NCBI RefSeq assembly: GCF_964194155.1
Contig: NC_135899.1
Span: 66,340,001-66,404,000, forward strand
Source: Cetorhinus maximus
Taxonomy: Eukaryota
Length of the DNA stretch: 64,000 bases
Direction: 5' to 3'
Shown: positions 1-13,630 of the stretch, one piece after another
Position numbering within the stretch: the stretch's first letter is position 1
How the letters are laid out: each line of letters opens with the position of its first letter
Position numbers and translations under genes: made by a program
Notes under the pieces: model-generated
The model's database searches: none
What the model was told of the DNA's origin: nothing
The model's input: the letters and a program-made list of their open reading frames with translations, nothing else

Positions 1-1814
1 CAGTAGTGCTGATGCCAGTTATAAACGGCCACTCTGACATGGCACAGTTGCCTAAACGGCAAAAATAGCAACCACCTGACACTCTTATCAGCTTAATGAT
101 GACAAACAGGCACAATCCACCCACCCTCCACCCCGATATTGGTTTTTTTTAAAATTTTCAACAAAAACCAGATGAGATAATTAACGCATTAAAATATTGG
201 TGCATCCATATGCCCCAACAGCAGTGCACAGATTATCAAATTGGTTGCATACCTAATTCCAAACATTATCAAATCTTGCTGCAGGATTCAAATGGACAAA
301 AACTTTTCCTATTCATTTCCCTTGCTAAAAGGTAGCAGCATCAAATACAATGTGAATAACTACAACAGTGAACAGGCCTGGAATTCAAAATAAATTAAAA
401 ACACAAATACATGCTCCATGCCACAAACTAAATATTGAAATTATATAGCACCTTTAATGTAGAAATTCATCTTACAATGAATATGTCAAGAAACAGCTAT
501 GCCTCGAGACTCAATACCATGTTGAACCTTGGAACATTGAAAATAGTAATTTGATTTATAATCAAATCAAATTCTCACTGAGTATTTTATAGTAAGGCAG
601 AAGTCTAAACTTTTGTTTATATGTCATTGGCTTGTAACATCATGTTAAACTTTTGCTGCTGATGCCTGTTATACATAGACCTAATCACTATTATCCATAT
701 AGTTCTGGTCAAAGAATATATCCCAGGAAATTCTTTGCAGATATCACTGTAAATTCATTGCCCAATTTCAGTCAAAGAAAAAAGGTGATTTCATTTATTT
801 TTATTCACCACCAATCCCTCAATTAAATTTTCAACTAACATACACATCCTGGCAGGCAGACAGACAGAGGCATGGTGCACCCCATCCTATGGGAGAGGTC
901 TCTGCTCAACACCATCCACTGACAGGGCAGGCTGGATTAAGAATTCAAGGTAAGTAAAGTCAAGGGCACGGCATACCTGTGGGTTGAGCTATTCCAATTG
1001 CAAAATTCTGATTTTAATACAGATTAGTAGCCTCTTCCACTTTTTGCAACAAAAAGTAATTGGTGGTATGGCTTTATTTCAAATGACCTTAAATGAGCTA
1101 CAAAGTTGCAAGCATTGTTTTGCAAAGTGCAAACTATATTTCCTCAAATAGTTATGCACTTATTTTAAAAGTGTGCAAAAGAATCATTTAATGAAACTTT
1201 TTGTCCTGTTAGAGATATATCACTCTCATGTCTATATTTCAAAATGGTTGTAACTAGTCCAAAATGGATTTTAGCAGTTGATTAGAAACTGAAAAAGCTG
1301 CTCAATGACACTTTGATTCACAGCTAGAGAATTCACTTTGATTCATGGAACCCGCTACTTGCAGCCCTTCGGAATAGAGTAGATAAAAATGCAATTTGCT
1401 ATCGTCATGCTTGTGGAAGCTCCTGACCTTTGTTGCTGTCGCTGGCTGAGTGTCTGTATGGTGAACAATCACCCTGAAGGAACAGCATCACAAACAAGAG
1501 AGAAAGATAATTTGTTGCTCATGCGTAGATCCATGGCCAAGTGGCCTACTCCTGCTCCTAGTTTGTATGTATGTTCGTAAACCATTCCACTGGGGTGATA
1601 GGAATCATAATCTCTTCCACAATTCACATATTAACCCTCTACCCAAAGGCTGGGGAGATGACACTGACATTTTGAAGCAAAGAAGATTGGACTCGGGTTT
1701 ATGAGCCATGCCTCAAGATCGACAGCTAGGGAATATGGATTTTTTTTTTTTAAAAAGCAAAAAACTATTAAGCGTCCATCTTTATCAAGACAACATCATA
1801 TAAATATACTGTAA

Positions 1815-1876
1815 GGGGGGGGGGGGGGGGGAGAGGGGAGAGGGGGAGGGGGAGGAGGAGGAGGAGGAGGAGGGAG
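1815..1876. repeat. Poly-G/(GGA)n purine tract
   Basis: Seen directly. Confidence 0.9.
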
Positions 1877-3049
1877 AGCAGGCTGCTACTTGGGCTGTCT
1901 GGCTATAACAAGCTTCTAGGCCGATTAGTCACAAAGGTGTTAGGACTGCTAACAGTTCGGTAATCGGATTTCTTCTACTTTTATTTCAAAGGGAAAATAT
2001 TCTTACAAAATACTGTAATCTTCAGTTTTTCATCATGTCATTGCAGACTGAGGGAGGTAAAGCACTGTAAAATAAAGTGGTTATGTACCAGAGACTCAGC
2101 TGATAGAACTGACTTTTCAAACTGTTGTCACGACAGAATTTAAATTGCTGACTGTTGTACAGTACTTTGCCTATCTTTTCCAAATCATTTTGTTTGTTAA
2201 ATGAATCTCGACCATAACTATGGCTGTGTAATACACTAACATCCTAATTTCCATCATCTGAATTCACGGAGGATGCATGGATGGAGCAGACTGGATGTTT
2301 ATAAATAATTTAAGGTTCGCTATCGGACATTGAAGTGATTTACTTATGGAAACTATCAAGCCAGTCACATGAAAAGAAAGGAATTGGAAAAAAAATCCTG
2401 ATCTGTAACAGGGTGCTCCATGCCTGCAGTAGATTTCCCAGTCATTTTGCAGTAGTAGAAAGATTTTTCAGAAATCCACAACACAGTATACATTCCCAGC
2501 ACTGTTCATCAAGGGCAGAGTTACCCATGTGCTACTGAAAGGCAGCAGTTTAAATTTGCAGATTTACTGCAATTATTTTTAGACAGTACATGGCTTCATA
2601 TCACTTTTCACTGCCTAAGGTTCATTGCTAAAGAACAGTGTACCAGCTGCCACCAGCTACCTAATGTTTAAACTAAACACATCTTTATATCACCTCCAAA
2701 TACTCGCACTCTAGTAAAGGGATTATTAATATTGATGAACAGCCATAACCGTATTAGTAGCTTATAATCATGTTCAATCTACATAGCAAATCATGAACAG
2801 AACAGTCTTTGTTCTATGGAAAAAAGTAAAGACAGCAAGATATGAATGCCAAAAACCATAATTCAAAGAAATTAACCGCTAACGCCACAACTCATCCATC
2901 AATAGGGCATCAAGAGCAGACAGGAAGTATATGCAAAATGACAGAAGACAGCCAACATGGAACAGTCAAAATAGCAATGGGTCAATGCATATCATGTCAC
3001 GTCACAACCCAAGATAGCAGAGTTCTTACTGAGCTCCCGCACCCAAGTT

Positions 3050-3300
3050 AGCAGGGGGATGGCCACAGTTATGAAGAGAGACTTGAGGAATAGAACATTT
3101 CTCACGAGAACTAACAAGGTTAAGGGGTGGTCTGGTAAAGGTCTTCAAGGCTGTGAAGGGTTATGATGAGGCACATTATGCAAGTCAGCAAGTATCATAA
3201 TGGGAGAGCACAAATTTAAAATCCTAAAAAGAATTGAAAGTGAAAAGAAAACATTTACACAGAAATGTGCAATTTCCATCACAAGCCATTATTGAAGCAG
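3050..3300 (+). mobile_element. Degraded CR1 fragment
   Basis: agttatgaagagagactt (SYEERL) and downstream CR1-like sequence. Confidence 0.55.
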
Positions 3301-3885
3301 ATTAGCAAAGCATCAGACTCAACTATAAAAACACACTGTCTAACAGCCTAGGCCTGGACACATACATGGACAGTGATACTGAAGCATAAACCAATCAATG
3401 CCTTCAGAATGGCACGGGAGTGAGGAGAAAAAAAATGATGATAAACAACATATACCAGTGCAACACTGTTAAACACTAAGAACTGGTGATTCAATGCATT
3501 TTGGTTAAAGTTTTGAGAACATAAAACCAATTTAATTATTAACAGGAGATTAAATATTAACAGCATTGGACATCCCAGGAAGTATAGTACAGCACTATAA
3601 TGTGAAGCTCAAGTTCAGAACCCAGTAACAAATAACATTTACATTCAAGATTCTCCAGGTAACAGAGTTATTGGATGCAGCTTCAGCGATTGAAGGAGGG
3701 AAAAATGACAGAGGACAACAGAGGTCTGACTAATGAACAGTGTTCAGTCTGTGGAGGTACACGCCCTCTCAGCAGAGCACGGAAATGTGGTTACAATTTG
3801 GCTTGGCTTCAACAAGGAAGGGCTGACAAAATGAAATCAAAAGGACCTCCAATTTGGCAAACTTTGGCATCGATAACAAGGATGA

Positions 3886-3980
3886 TCTGATGAAAGGTCA
3901 CAGACCTGAAATGTTAACTCTGTCTCTCTCCACAGATGCTGCCATGGCCTGCTGAATATTTCCAGCATTTTCTGTTTGTA
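3886..3980 (+). mobile_element. Penelope 3'-end fragment with hammerhead core
   Basis: CTGATGA A AGGTC-ACA-GACCT GAAA TGTT AAC followed by the family tail (ctctccacagatgctgcc...). Confidence 0.7.
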
Positions 3981-5444
3981 CTCCATGAAAAATGAGTTAG
4001 GTTCATAGCTGCTATTCCCTGTACACTAAATTTCTGATCACAGCTGTATTGTAATGGGGGGAACTTTCCTGCAGGGAAACAAAATGTAAAAAGATACCAG
4101 CAAGCAATTCAATTGAGACCGCCCTCTACTGTATCTGTCACTGTGCCTGGGGTCTACTGAGTAAAGAACAAGCTTATAAAGTACATGACAATAAAAAAGC
4201 CATTGGCGAACAAGTAATGGAAAATATGGCATAATCCTAATGTGAATTAGGCTGAGACAATTTAAAATCATTTCACATAGGGCCTTAGCATAAGACTTTC
4301 ATCCCATCAACCTGAGCTGAGTTGAAATTAGATCCCAAATGTGTGGAACACAATGGTAACCTCTTGCTTCAACCAGCTACTCCCTGCTCTACCATCCCCA
4401 AAAGCAGAAATTTTTATTGCTACATCGCATGGGCTTACGGTTCCTGAAATTTCAACAGCAGCCTCTAATGGTCAGGCTATCCAAGGCCTTGAATATAAAA
4501 TGCTTGATCATAATACCCAGTTCACAAAACAAAGAGCTTTTTTTGACCACGTGCAAGTAATTAAAATATTTTCAACATACTATTAAGCTCCAAAGGAATA
4601 CAAACAAATCAATTACGGGATGGAGCAGATGAGACAGCTATTGCGAATACAACACTACCCCTTGCTGAATAAACAGGAACTCTGTATAGTCAGAACAAAC
4701 ATGCCCAGTGCTTTAAGCATTAACACTAAAGCACATCTATGGTCTGCTTATTATACATGACCTGTATACTAAATTTATCACGCACAGAATGAACAGCCTG
4801 TCAGGATTGCACCTGCTCCTCACAGAGTGGTAGATTTACTGAGTTCACTAGGTGGTCTACTTCACTAATGCAGGATTCTATGAATGGGGAAAAGCAATGG
4901 AAAGGGGGATGCAGAGGGAGAAAGTGAGCGAGGAAGGTTCATGATCTTGCCATCCAGTCAGTGCACAGCTTGACAAGGGTTATAAAGAAATCTCAACATG
5001 AATTATCTTACCCTTTTGGCTAAAGCAAGCTCCTGGGCATCAGCTAGCCCCCCGTGAAGGATGGAGAGGGAAGAGGGAAATTAAATCTTCAAAAATTTGG
5101 AAACATAAATCAAAAAAAACACAAAATCTTCCTTGAGTTAAATCAATGCAAAAAAATTTTTAAAACACTGAGGGCACTCCTGCCTCATCATGAATGGGTT
5201 GTGTTTAATATTAATTGACTAATAAAGATTTACTGATAATTCTGTTTATATGTGAGCCAATGAGCATCCATGATATCCCAGCTTACACATAAACGTGGTG
5301 ACTAATATTAGTAAGTTTTAAACCACAAAGTTTTGCCTTAAAATAGTGCTGCACTCAAAACACACAGAATTACAATTTTACAACTTGATTCTGAATCAAT
5401 GTTTCTTGTCCTTCTTAAACATGATATTTATTTTCCTGTCGCTG

Positions 5445-5615
5445 CATCAAAATCCTGGAGCTCCCTTCCTAACAGCACATGGGTATCCCTACACCACATC
5501 GACTGCAAAAGTTCAAGGTGGCGGCACACCACCACCTTCTCAAGGGCAATTAGGGATGGGCAATAAATGCTGGCCTAGCCAGTGACACCCACATTCCATG
5601 AACGAACAAAAAAAA
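5445..5615 (+). mobile_element. Second LINE family 3' tail
   Basis: caaaatcctgga...aagggcaattagggatgggcaataaatgc plus poly(A). Confidence 0.75.
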
Positions 5616-6832
5616 TGCACCATTTGTGCTGAGAATGAAAATTAATCGTTTAAAGCATGACATTGCTGCTTCAAATGAGTCTGAACATCATGAACTCTCC
5701 GTGGGAAACTGGGTATAGCCATCACCATAATCAAACCCCAGGGAACGAAAAATATCCATGGCATTAATTCATGCAGAGCACAAACAGAGACACAATGGAT
5801 ATTGATTGGTCACCTCAGGAATGACAGTAAGCTTATCTTCAAAAATAGATCACAAATTGATTTCAAATTGTCCTGGTCACTATTTATCCCTCAACCTATA
5901 ATCAATTAAAAAAACACTGGTGTTCGCAGGAGTTTGCTGTGCACAGGTTGGCAGACACATTTCCCACATTACGTCAGTGCCTACACTTCAAGGAGTACTT
6001 CATTGGCTGTAAAATGCTTTGGACCGCCCCAAGATCATAAAAGGAGCTAAGGAAATGCAAATATGTCCTTTCTAAAACAAGAGATCACCCAACACACATG
6101 CTTATGTCCTCATTTTCAAAAGTGATTTTTGTGCTTGTTTACAATATTGAGAAAGTGGGAGCCAGGTTGTATTTCCTGATTCCAGTTGCCAGTAACTTCT
6201 CCCCTCTAAAGGTTGTCAAGACAACCACAACACCAAAAGCAGGAAACACAGCACTGTCAATCAGCACGTCATTAACTGACAGAAGAGAGCCTCTGTTTAC
6301 AAAATATTTCCAGCACATTGTAAAAATACCCAGAAAACATTAAAGAAAAGCTGCACAAAATTCTTTAATAAAATTATGCCGTCTTTTACACAGTTGTACA
6401 CCCGATGCCATTACAAGTTTAAAACCGGGTTTGCTTTTAAAAGGTTTTGCTCCTAAGTCCTGTTTCCAATCAAGAGAAAAGCAAGCAGTCTGAGTTTTCC
6501 ACCTATAACACTTCACAACTGGCCAAGAACAATGGAATAGCACTTCCCTCCTGATAACGAATCACTTTGCCTTCTCTCCAAGTGGATATTGATAATTCAA
6601 CAGCATGGTGAGGAGGAATGGATCCTTCCACTCATGTAATGGTATAAATAGTTCTACACAGAACTACTTGCCTAGCAAATCAGAAGAGAGTTGCACACAG
6701 TTTGATCACTCAGCCTGAGGCTTAAAGCAGCTGTTAACTGTTTTTCTGCGGAGTACTCAGGGCTTGCTCCCAGGGCAAACAAGGACCACTCAACAATTGG
6801 TGCAATGGCAGGCCTCAAAAAAAAGAGTGCAA

Positions 6833-8233
6833 AGATAAGTCCAGCAATTACAAGCCAATCAGTTTAACTGTAGTGGTGGAGAAACTTCGAGAAACAATAA
6901 TTCAGGACAAAATTAAATAGTCACATAGACAAATATGGGTTAATTAAGGAAAGCCAGCATGGGTTTCTTAAGGGAAAATAACGTTTAACTTATCTGCTGG
7001 AGTTTTTCTGAAGAGGTAACAGAGAGGGTTGATGAGGGCAATGCCACTGATGTGGCATACATGGACTTCCAAAAGGCATTGATACAGTGCCACACAACAG
7101 ACTTATCAGCAAAGTTTTGGCTCATGGAATAAAAGGGACAATAGCAACATGGATATGAAATTGACTGAGTGCCAGGAAACAGAGTGGTTGATGGGTGTTT
7201 TCCAGGCTGGAAGAAGGTTTGTAGTGGAGTTCCTCAGGGGTCAGTGTTGAGACCCTTGCTGTTTCTGATATATATTAATGACCTAGACCTTGGTGTACAG
7301 GACACAATTTCAAAGTTTGCGGATGCCACAAAAATTGGAAGCATTGTGAACTGAGAGGAGGGTCATGTAGAACTTCAAAATGACATAGACAAGTTGGTAG
7401 ATTGGGCGGATAAACGGCAGATGAAGCTCAATGCAGAGAAATATGAAGTGATTCATTTTGGTAGGCTGAACACAAAGAGACAATATAAACTAAAAAGGTA
7501 CAACTCTAAAGCGGGTACAGGAGCAGAGGGATCTGGGTGTATATGTGCACAAGTCTTTGAAGGTGGCAGGACAGGTTGAGAGAGTGGTTAATTGAGCATA
7601 CATTATCATAGGTGTTACTAATAGAGGCATAGAGTACAAGAGCATGGAAGTTATACTGAGTTGGTTTAAGACACTAGTTCAGCATCAGCCCGTGTAATGC
7701 GTCCAGTTCTGGGCACCGCACTTTAGGAAAGATGTGAAGACATTAGAGAGAATGCAGAAAATATTCACAAGAATGGTTCCAGGGATGAGGAACTTCAATT
7801 ATGAAGATATATTGGAGAAGTTGGGACTGTTTTCCTTGGAGAAGAGAAAGCTGAGGGGAGATTTGATAGAGATACTCAAAATCATGAGGGGTCTGGACAG
7901 AATAGATAGGGAAAATCTTCCAACACATGAAAGCACAGAGTACCAGAGGGCACAGATTTAAAGTAATTGGCAAAAGAAGCAAAAGCAACATGAGGAAAAA
8001 CTTTTTCACACCGAGTGATTGGTATCTGGAATGCACTACCTGAGAGTGTACTGGAGGCAGGTTCAATCGAGGCATTCAAAAAGGAATTAGACTGTTATCT
8101 GAAAAGGAAGGATGTGTAGGGTTACGGTGAGAAGGCAGGGAATGGCACTAGGTGAAATGGTCATTCAGGGAACCAGTGCCAACACAACAAACTGAATGGC
8201 CTCCTTCTGTGCTGCAACAATTCTGTGATTCTG
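6833..8233 (+). mobile_element. CR1 LINE, 5'-truncated, RT remnant
   Basis: YMDFQKA, GVPQGSVL, FADATK, RLRGDLIE-like motifs; attctgtg-type tail; frameshifted. Confidence 0.9.
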
Positions 8234-8264
8234 AGAATTAACAAACCAACAAGATTTATATATG

Positions 8265-8372
8265 GATAAAAACAAAAAACTACTGCGGATGCTGGAAATC
8301 CAAAACAAAAACAGAATTACCTGGAAAAAGACCAGACCTGCTGAGTTTTTCCAGGTAATTCTGTTTTTGTTT
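8265..8372. mobile_element. Fold-back Penelope-terminus mini-insertion
   Basis: Inverted termini; 14-bp TSD aagatttatatatg at 8251-8264 and 8373-8386. Confidence 0.75.
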
Positions 8373-8699
8373 AAGATTTATATATGACTTACAGATTATC
8401 TTTCCACATGAGGTCTCAAAGCAATTCCTATTTTAAATGGGTAAGCCTACCGGTACTTCAAGTTGAAGCAGGAAGACATTGTGGTAATTTACAAAGTTTG
8501 AAAAGGGTAACCTGGTCGTGAGCGCAACGACACAGTGAGATAAAGCGTCATTCCTGTGAATCCCCAGTGTAAGGGGCATGGAACTCAGTTAAAGCATAAG
8601 TAGACAAGGAATAAAACTGAAGCACTTGAGGATAACTCAATCAAAGCTGCTCGCACGCACCTCCTGGCAACCAAAACAGAAAATAAAGAGTTGAAGGTA

Positions 8700-9560
8700 G
8701 TTACTCAGACCAGCAAAAGGCGTGGAGTAATGTTCCACAAGGATCTGTGTGGGACCACTGTTGTTCACCATTTATATAAACAATTTGGACTCAATTTGTG
8801 AATGACACCAAATTAGGGAGTATCATTAATACTGAGGAAGACTACGACAAAGTACAAGTAGACATTAATAAACTTGCAGAATGGGCATTTAATTGGCAAA
8901 TTAATTTCATGATAGTCAAGTATGAGGCATTGCATTTTGGTTAGAAGCATAAGCGGTCCACATACCACTCCGAAAACAAGTGTCTTAATAGGATAGATAA
9001 GAAAGTCATCTAGTGAACAGATAAGCAAGTCACTAAAATTTGCAACAGAGGTTAATAAGGCCATAAAAAGGGCAAACAAAGCTCCGATGTTCACTTCTAG
9101 AGTAATACATAAGTGGAGAAGTTATGTTAACTTTATGCAGAACATTAGTTTGACCACATAAATACTGTGCACAGTTCCGGTCTCCATATTATAAAAAGGA
9201 TATGAGGCACTTAGAGAAGGTGCCAAAAAGATTTACAAAGACGAAACCAGAACTGAGATGTCATACTGATTGGGAAAGATTGAATAGGCTGGGACTCTAA
9301 GAAAAGAGAAGGCTGAGGGGTGACGTGATAGAGGTCCTTAAGATTATGAAAGGGCTTGATAGAGTAGAGAAGATGTTTCTACTTGTGAGGGAGACTAAAT
9401 CTAGGAGCTATAAATACAATAGTTGCTATAAGGAATTCAGAAGAAATTTCCTTACCCACAGAGTGATTAGCATGCAGAACTCGCTAATAAAAGTAGTTGA
9501 GGCAAGTAGCACAGGTGCATTTAGGGAAGCTAGATAAGGGCATGAAAGAGAAATAAATAG
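8700..9560 (+). mobile_element. Degraded CR1 LINE
   Basis: VPQGSV-like sequence, RLRGDVIEVLKIMKGLDRV, RRNFLTHRV. Confidence 0.8.
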
Positions 9561-10571
9561 AATTGCACATTACAGCATAATCTTAGTTTTGCATATGTTT
9601 TTTCTTTATGCCCCCTTTTCACCCATTTTCCTCTCCCTTTCTCCCTGGAGACATTGACTGCTTTCTGGGTATTGTTCCACAAGCACTGGTCTCCTACAAT
9701 ATCTCACCAAATAACCATTATTTTCATACATGCCCAAAGAGTGTGTGTGTCAACAGGCTATTCAACTGGGGAATACATACAGCCAATTCAACAAACGTAC
9801 CTCCAGGAGACATCCCTGGATGGCAATCAAAGCAGGGACATGGCATGTTTCCCTTTCCTAGCATACAGTGCTGAGACTATAGTGCCCAAACCACCACCAT
9901 TCATATCAACTAGCCCAGAAACAGTTGAGACCTATGGGTTGAACCTACTGCACCCTTCCCAAGTCTGTCATAGCTGAGCTACTCACTGACCGACCCAATT
10001 GGGTCATGAGAGAAGCATTGCTTATATCATTTCGGATTAATAAAGAGTGCATGTCCTACAAGTTAACCAAGAAACCAGGATTTTTGCAGATTGCCAACAG
10101 GAAATAACAGCACAATCTTGCATTTGAAAAAAGTACCTTTCACAGATTGCACAAAGATAACTGCTATAGAAGTGGTAATGTATTTTGGGAACAGAGGGTG
10201 TGCATCATCTGAACCCTGACTGCACACCAACTTGCAATTTCCTCCTAGTTATCCAGCCATCTGTACACATTAATCTGTTAAACTTTGGAAAAACAAAATT
10301 CAATTTTTCTGGAAGAAATCCTATTTAAAAACTGGAGTGAGTGAACTAATGCAAAGGCATGTTATGCTTGGGCCAGGTAGATGTTTATCAAGACTGCACC
10401 TACACAGACTAAATAGGGAACTGTAAATTCTTCAATCAGCTGTCCCAGGGACACAGATGCTGAAGAGTCCCTTGTGGACAAGTATTCACAGGTGGATAAC
10501 TTTTGATCATTTATATTTAGAAAGTATCCAATAATAAAAATGGAAACAAACAATGTTAAAATCCTTACACT

Positions 10572-10666
10572 AAAAGTAGAAATATTGAAAATACTGAACA
10601 GGTCAGGTAGCATCTGTGGAGGGAGAACAGAGTTAAGGTTTCAGGTCAATGACCTTTCATCAGAAT
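10572..10666 (-). mobile_element. Penelope 3'-end fragment with hammerhead core
   Basis: Minus strand CTGATGA A AGGTC-ATT-GACCT GAAA plus family tail. Confidence 0.65.
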
Positions 10667-11887
10667 AGAATGTTAAACTCTTGACTAGGTACTTTGTAGT
10701 GTACAGACTTGAAAAAGCGAGATCACAATACTCCGTTAAAATATTTTCACATGACATGAATTTATAAATACACCTATTTTTCTCTCCTCAAGATCTTGGT
10801 ATGGCATTCATTGGTACCAAATGAAACAAACAAGTTGCCCCCTCTCTGTGGAAAACATTCTGTCTCCATTATGGTTGAACTGGGGCTAGGCACCAACTCT
10901 GTGAATCAAACTCACAATGTCCATCATGGGTACAGTGAGGTAGTGACTATGTTACTGGATGGACAATTAATCCTGACAGTGAGAGCTCAAAAAGAATTCA
11001 GTTTAAAAAATCTGGAATCAGTATTAAAAAAGAAAAGTGGTAAATTACAAGGTTGTCAGATTGTCATAAAAACCTAACTGCTTCATTGATGTCCTTTAGG
11101 GAGGGGTTTCTGCTGCCCTTAACTAGTCTAGACTGTATGCAACTCCAGCCCCACACAAAGGCTGGGCTATTAATTGTCTTATGAAATGGCCTAGCAAGTC
11201 ACTCAATTATTAAACTGGTACAAAAGGCAGCTCACCGCCATTTTCTCAGGGACAACTACTACTAATTAACGGTTCAAGGTCCTTTACAAATTAATGATAC
11301 TTCTTCAAAATGGCCAGCTGGTTTTGAGCACATCTTGGAAATTCTGAAAGTACCCTTTGGCTCCAGGTTTGCCAGCTGTCCCACACCGCAGTGGGGGTTA
11401 AGAATGAACAGAAGTGCCATACAATTGTGATAAAATGTTACCCTTTAAATGGTAGACTAAGTTCAGTTTGGATTAAATTGATCCAGGTCCAATTTGATTT
11501 TTATGCCCTATTTTACAGCAGCTTGCTACAAAGAAGGGCTTATAATGCCAACCTGTAACAAGATGCAGTCTATACTTGTTGTATAGGAGGTCATAAAGCT
11601 ATTAGCATATTACATCTAAACAGGCCTGACATGAATCAAACAAGGCAACTTCAAAGGTGGTTCTAGCCTGCAATTTCTGACAAATAGTAACCACAGAAAA
11701 TCCAAAATGAAGATGCAATGAAAATCCATTGTAACATTTGCAACATCATAGATCTTAAGAAATTGAAGTTATCTTTAGAAAGAAGCTTCACATTCTGCCA
11801 CATCTCAGACAGATCCAACTGTGGCAAACTGCTGTTAAAACATCACGTTGTCTCTCACTTCCTCCCACTAAAGGACAATAACCCTTT

Positions 11888-12430
11888 ACAACAACAACAA
11901 CAACTTGTATTTGTATAACACATTTAATGTAATAAAGCATTCCCAGGCACTTCACAGGGGTATTATCAAATAAAATATGACACCAAGCTACAAAGGAGAT
12001 ATTAGGTCAAATGACCAAATGTTTGGTCAATGAGGTAGGTTTTAAGGAGCATCTTAAAAGGAGGAAAGAGAAATAGAGAGAGGGGGAGAGGTTTAGGGAG
12101 GGAATTCCAAAGCCAAGTGCCTAGTAGCACAACCACTAATGGTGGAGAGAGAAAATTGGGGTGCTCAAAAAGCAGGAATAAAAGGAATCTCTGAGGATTG
12201 TGGAACTGGAGGAAATTAGAGAGATAGGGAGGGGCCATGTAATGAAGGGATTTGAAAACAAACATGAGAATTTGAAAACGGAGGCACTGTTTAACCATAA
12301 GTCATTGTACGTCAGCAAGCAGAGGGATGATGGGTGAAAAGCATTTGGTGCAAGTTAGGACATGGGAAGACTTTTGGATAACCTTCAAGTTTACAGAGAG
12401 TAAGACATGGGAGGCTGGACAGAATTGCCT
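11888..12430 (-). mobile_element. L2-type LINE 3' portion
   Basis: VFKSLHYMAPPYLS..LWNSLP..FKMLLKTYL; (ttg)n tail. Confidence 0.8.
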
Positions 12431-13019
12431 AGCAAAGGAACGTGTGCTTGTTCACTCTACAATTATGACTGAATAACTGGCAGCATTATATAACATCTAA
12501 TAATTCAATACAAAACAAATCAGCAGAATTCAACCAACCAATCAACAAGCTTAAAAGAGGAAGTTACACACCAAAACAAAGTAATATTTATCCACACTAC
12601 TTCCTTTATTTATAACTTACCTTGCTGCATTTGTGGATCTCATAGCAATATATCAAAATTATCTGCTAGCATCATTTCATACACTTACATTATCCATTAC
12701 CCATCACTTAATTATTTATTGCCTATCTCTAAAATGATTTTGAATTAATTCCACCAAAAAAGTCAGGATGCTTTCTGATGGTTTGTTTAAAAATTGTGTT
12801 ACATTTAAAGTCAAAGTGACAGCAAAACATTTCTATTCCCTTAAATTTACTGGCTAGATTTATTAAAACATAATTAATCAGGGTTCTTGAGACGTCAAAG
12901 AATGCAATGTCATCACTTTCTTAAACTACAGAGTGGAGATTCTCACACATGTATATTATTCGTTTATATAAATAGAAATTGAATATATGAAAAATAATAA
13001 AACAAACTCATTGACACCT

Positions 13020-13630
13020 CGCAGGAAAGATAAACGTCCGAACGCAGAACCCTTGGCCTGACCCCTGGTTCCCCAATGGTTTGACTGTATTATTCAATGG
13101 ATCGATCATTGGTTTCCCAGGTGTTAGTCAAATGTCTTTCCGCGGTAAGATTTGTTACCCCGTTCCTTGAGATGTAGCTTACTGCGAATTCCCGACGAGA
13201 TTTAAAACTCCTGCAGCTGGCGATTCTTTACCTTCTTGGGTTCCTGAGTCGCTGACAAACGAGACTGCAGCTTTAAAGCCTGCTCCTGCACCCCGTCAGC
13301 AGCCATGATCCCACCGTCTCTGGCCCAGCAACCACCCGGAAGTAGTTCCGCGCATTCAACCTGGAACTGAACATATGTCCAGTGTAGTTAATAGACCCTA
13401 TTCACAATCGCCATCTTGTTTTGACACGTGGCTCAGCAACTTCCACTTTATGGAAGAAATCGGTTATGACGCTCTCGGGAGTTCATCATCTGGCATCACG
13501 AAAATATACATGAATACAAAATTGCAAAATTGCTAATTGTCATTAAATTAAACAGTTGGCGACCTGGCCTAATATCGCCTTTTTTGGCCCGGGTGTCAAA
13601 TTTTGCCTTATAACCCTGCTGCGAAGCTTC
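13020..13630 (-). promoter_or_regulatory. ELOA CpG-enriched housekeeping promoter
   Basis: Local CpG enrichment. ETS/GABP CCGGAAGT at 13336-13343, YY1-type CGCCATCTT at 13409-13417, E-box CACGTG at 13425-13430. Confidence 0.7.
13232..13306 (-). CDS. ELOA: Elongin A, coding exon 1 (25 aa); later exons not found in window
   Basis: Reverse strand reads MAADGVQEQALKLQSRLSATQEPKK, then donor AAG|gtaaag. Resembles human ELOA exon 1 as I recall it ([25 protein letters not shown]) in length and phase. Lies downstream of RPL11 on the same strand, as in human. Not in the ORF track. Confidence 0.88.

Noticed and set aside
4038-4090. Strong minus-strand acceptor followed by KVPPITIQL, reminiscent of ELOA exon 2 (LPITVDIL)
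   Set aside because: Wrong phase relative to exon 1, an immediate TGA, and no donor.
12621-12662. 42-nt in-frame candidate exon in ELOA intron 1 with a perfect AAG|gtaagt donor
   Set aside because: No polypyrimidine tract at the acceptor, and the peptide IILIYCYEIHKCSK does not resemble ELOA.
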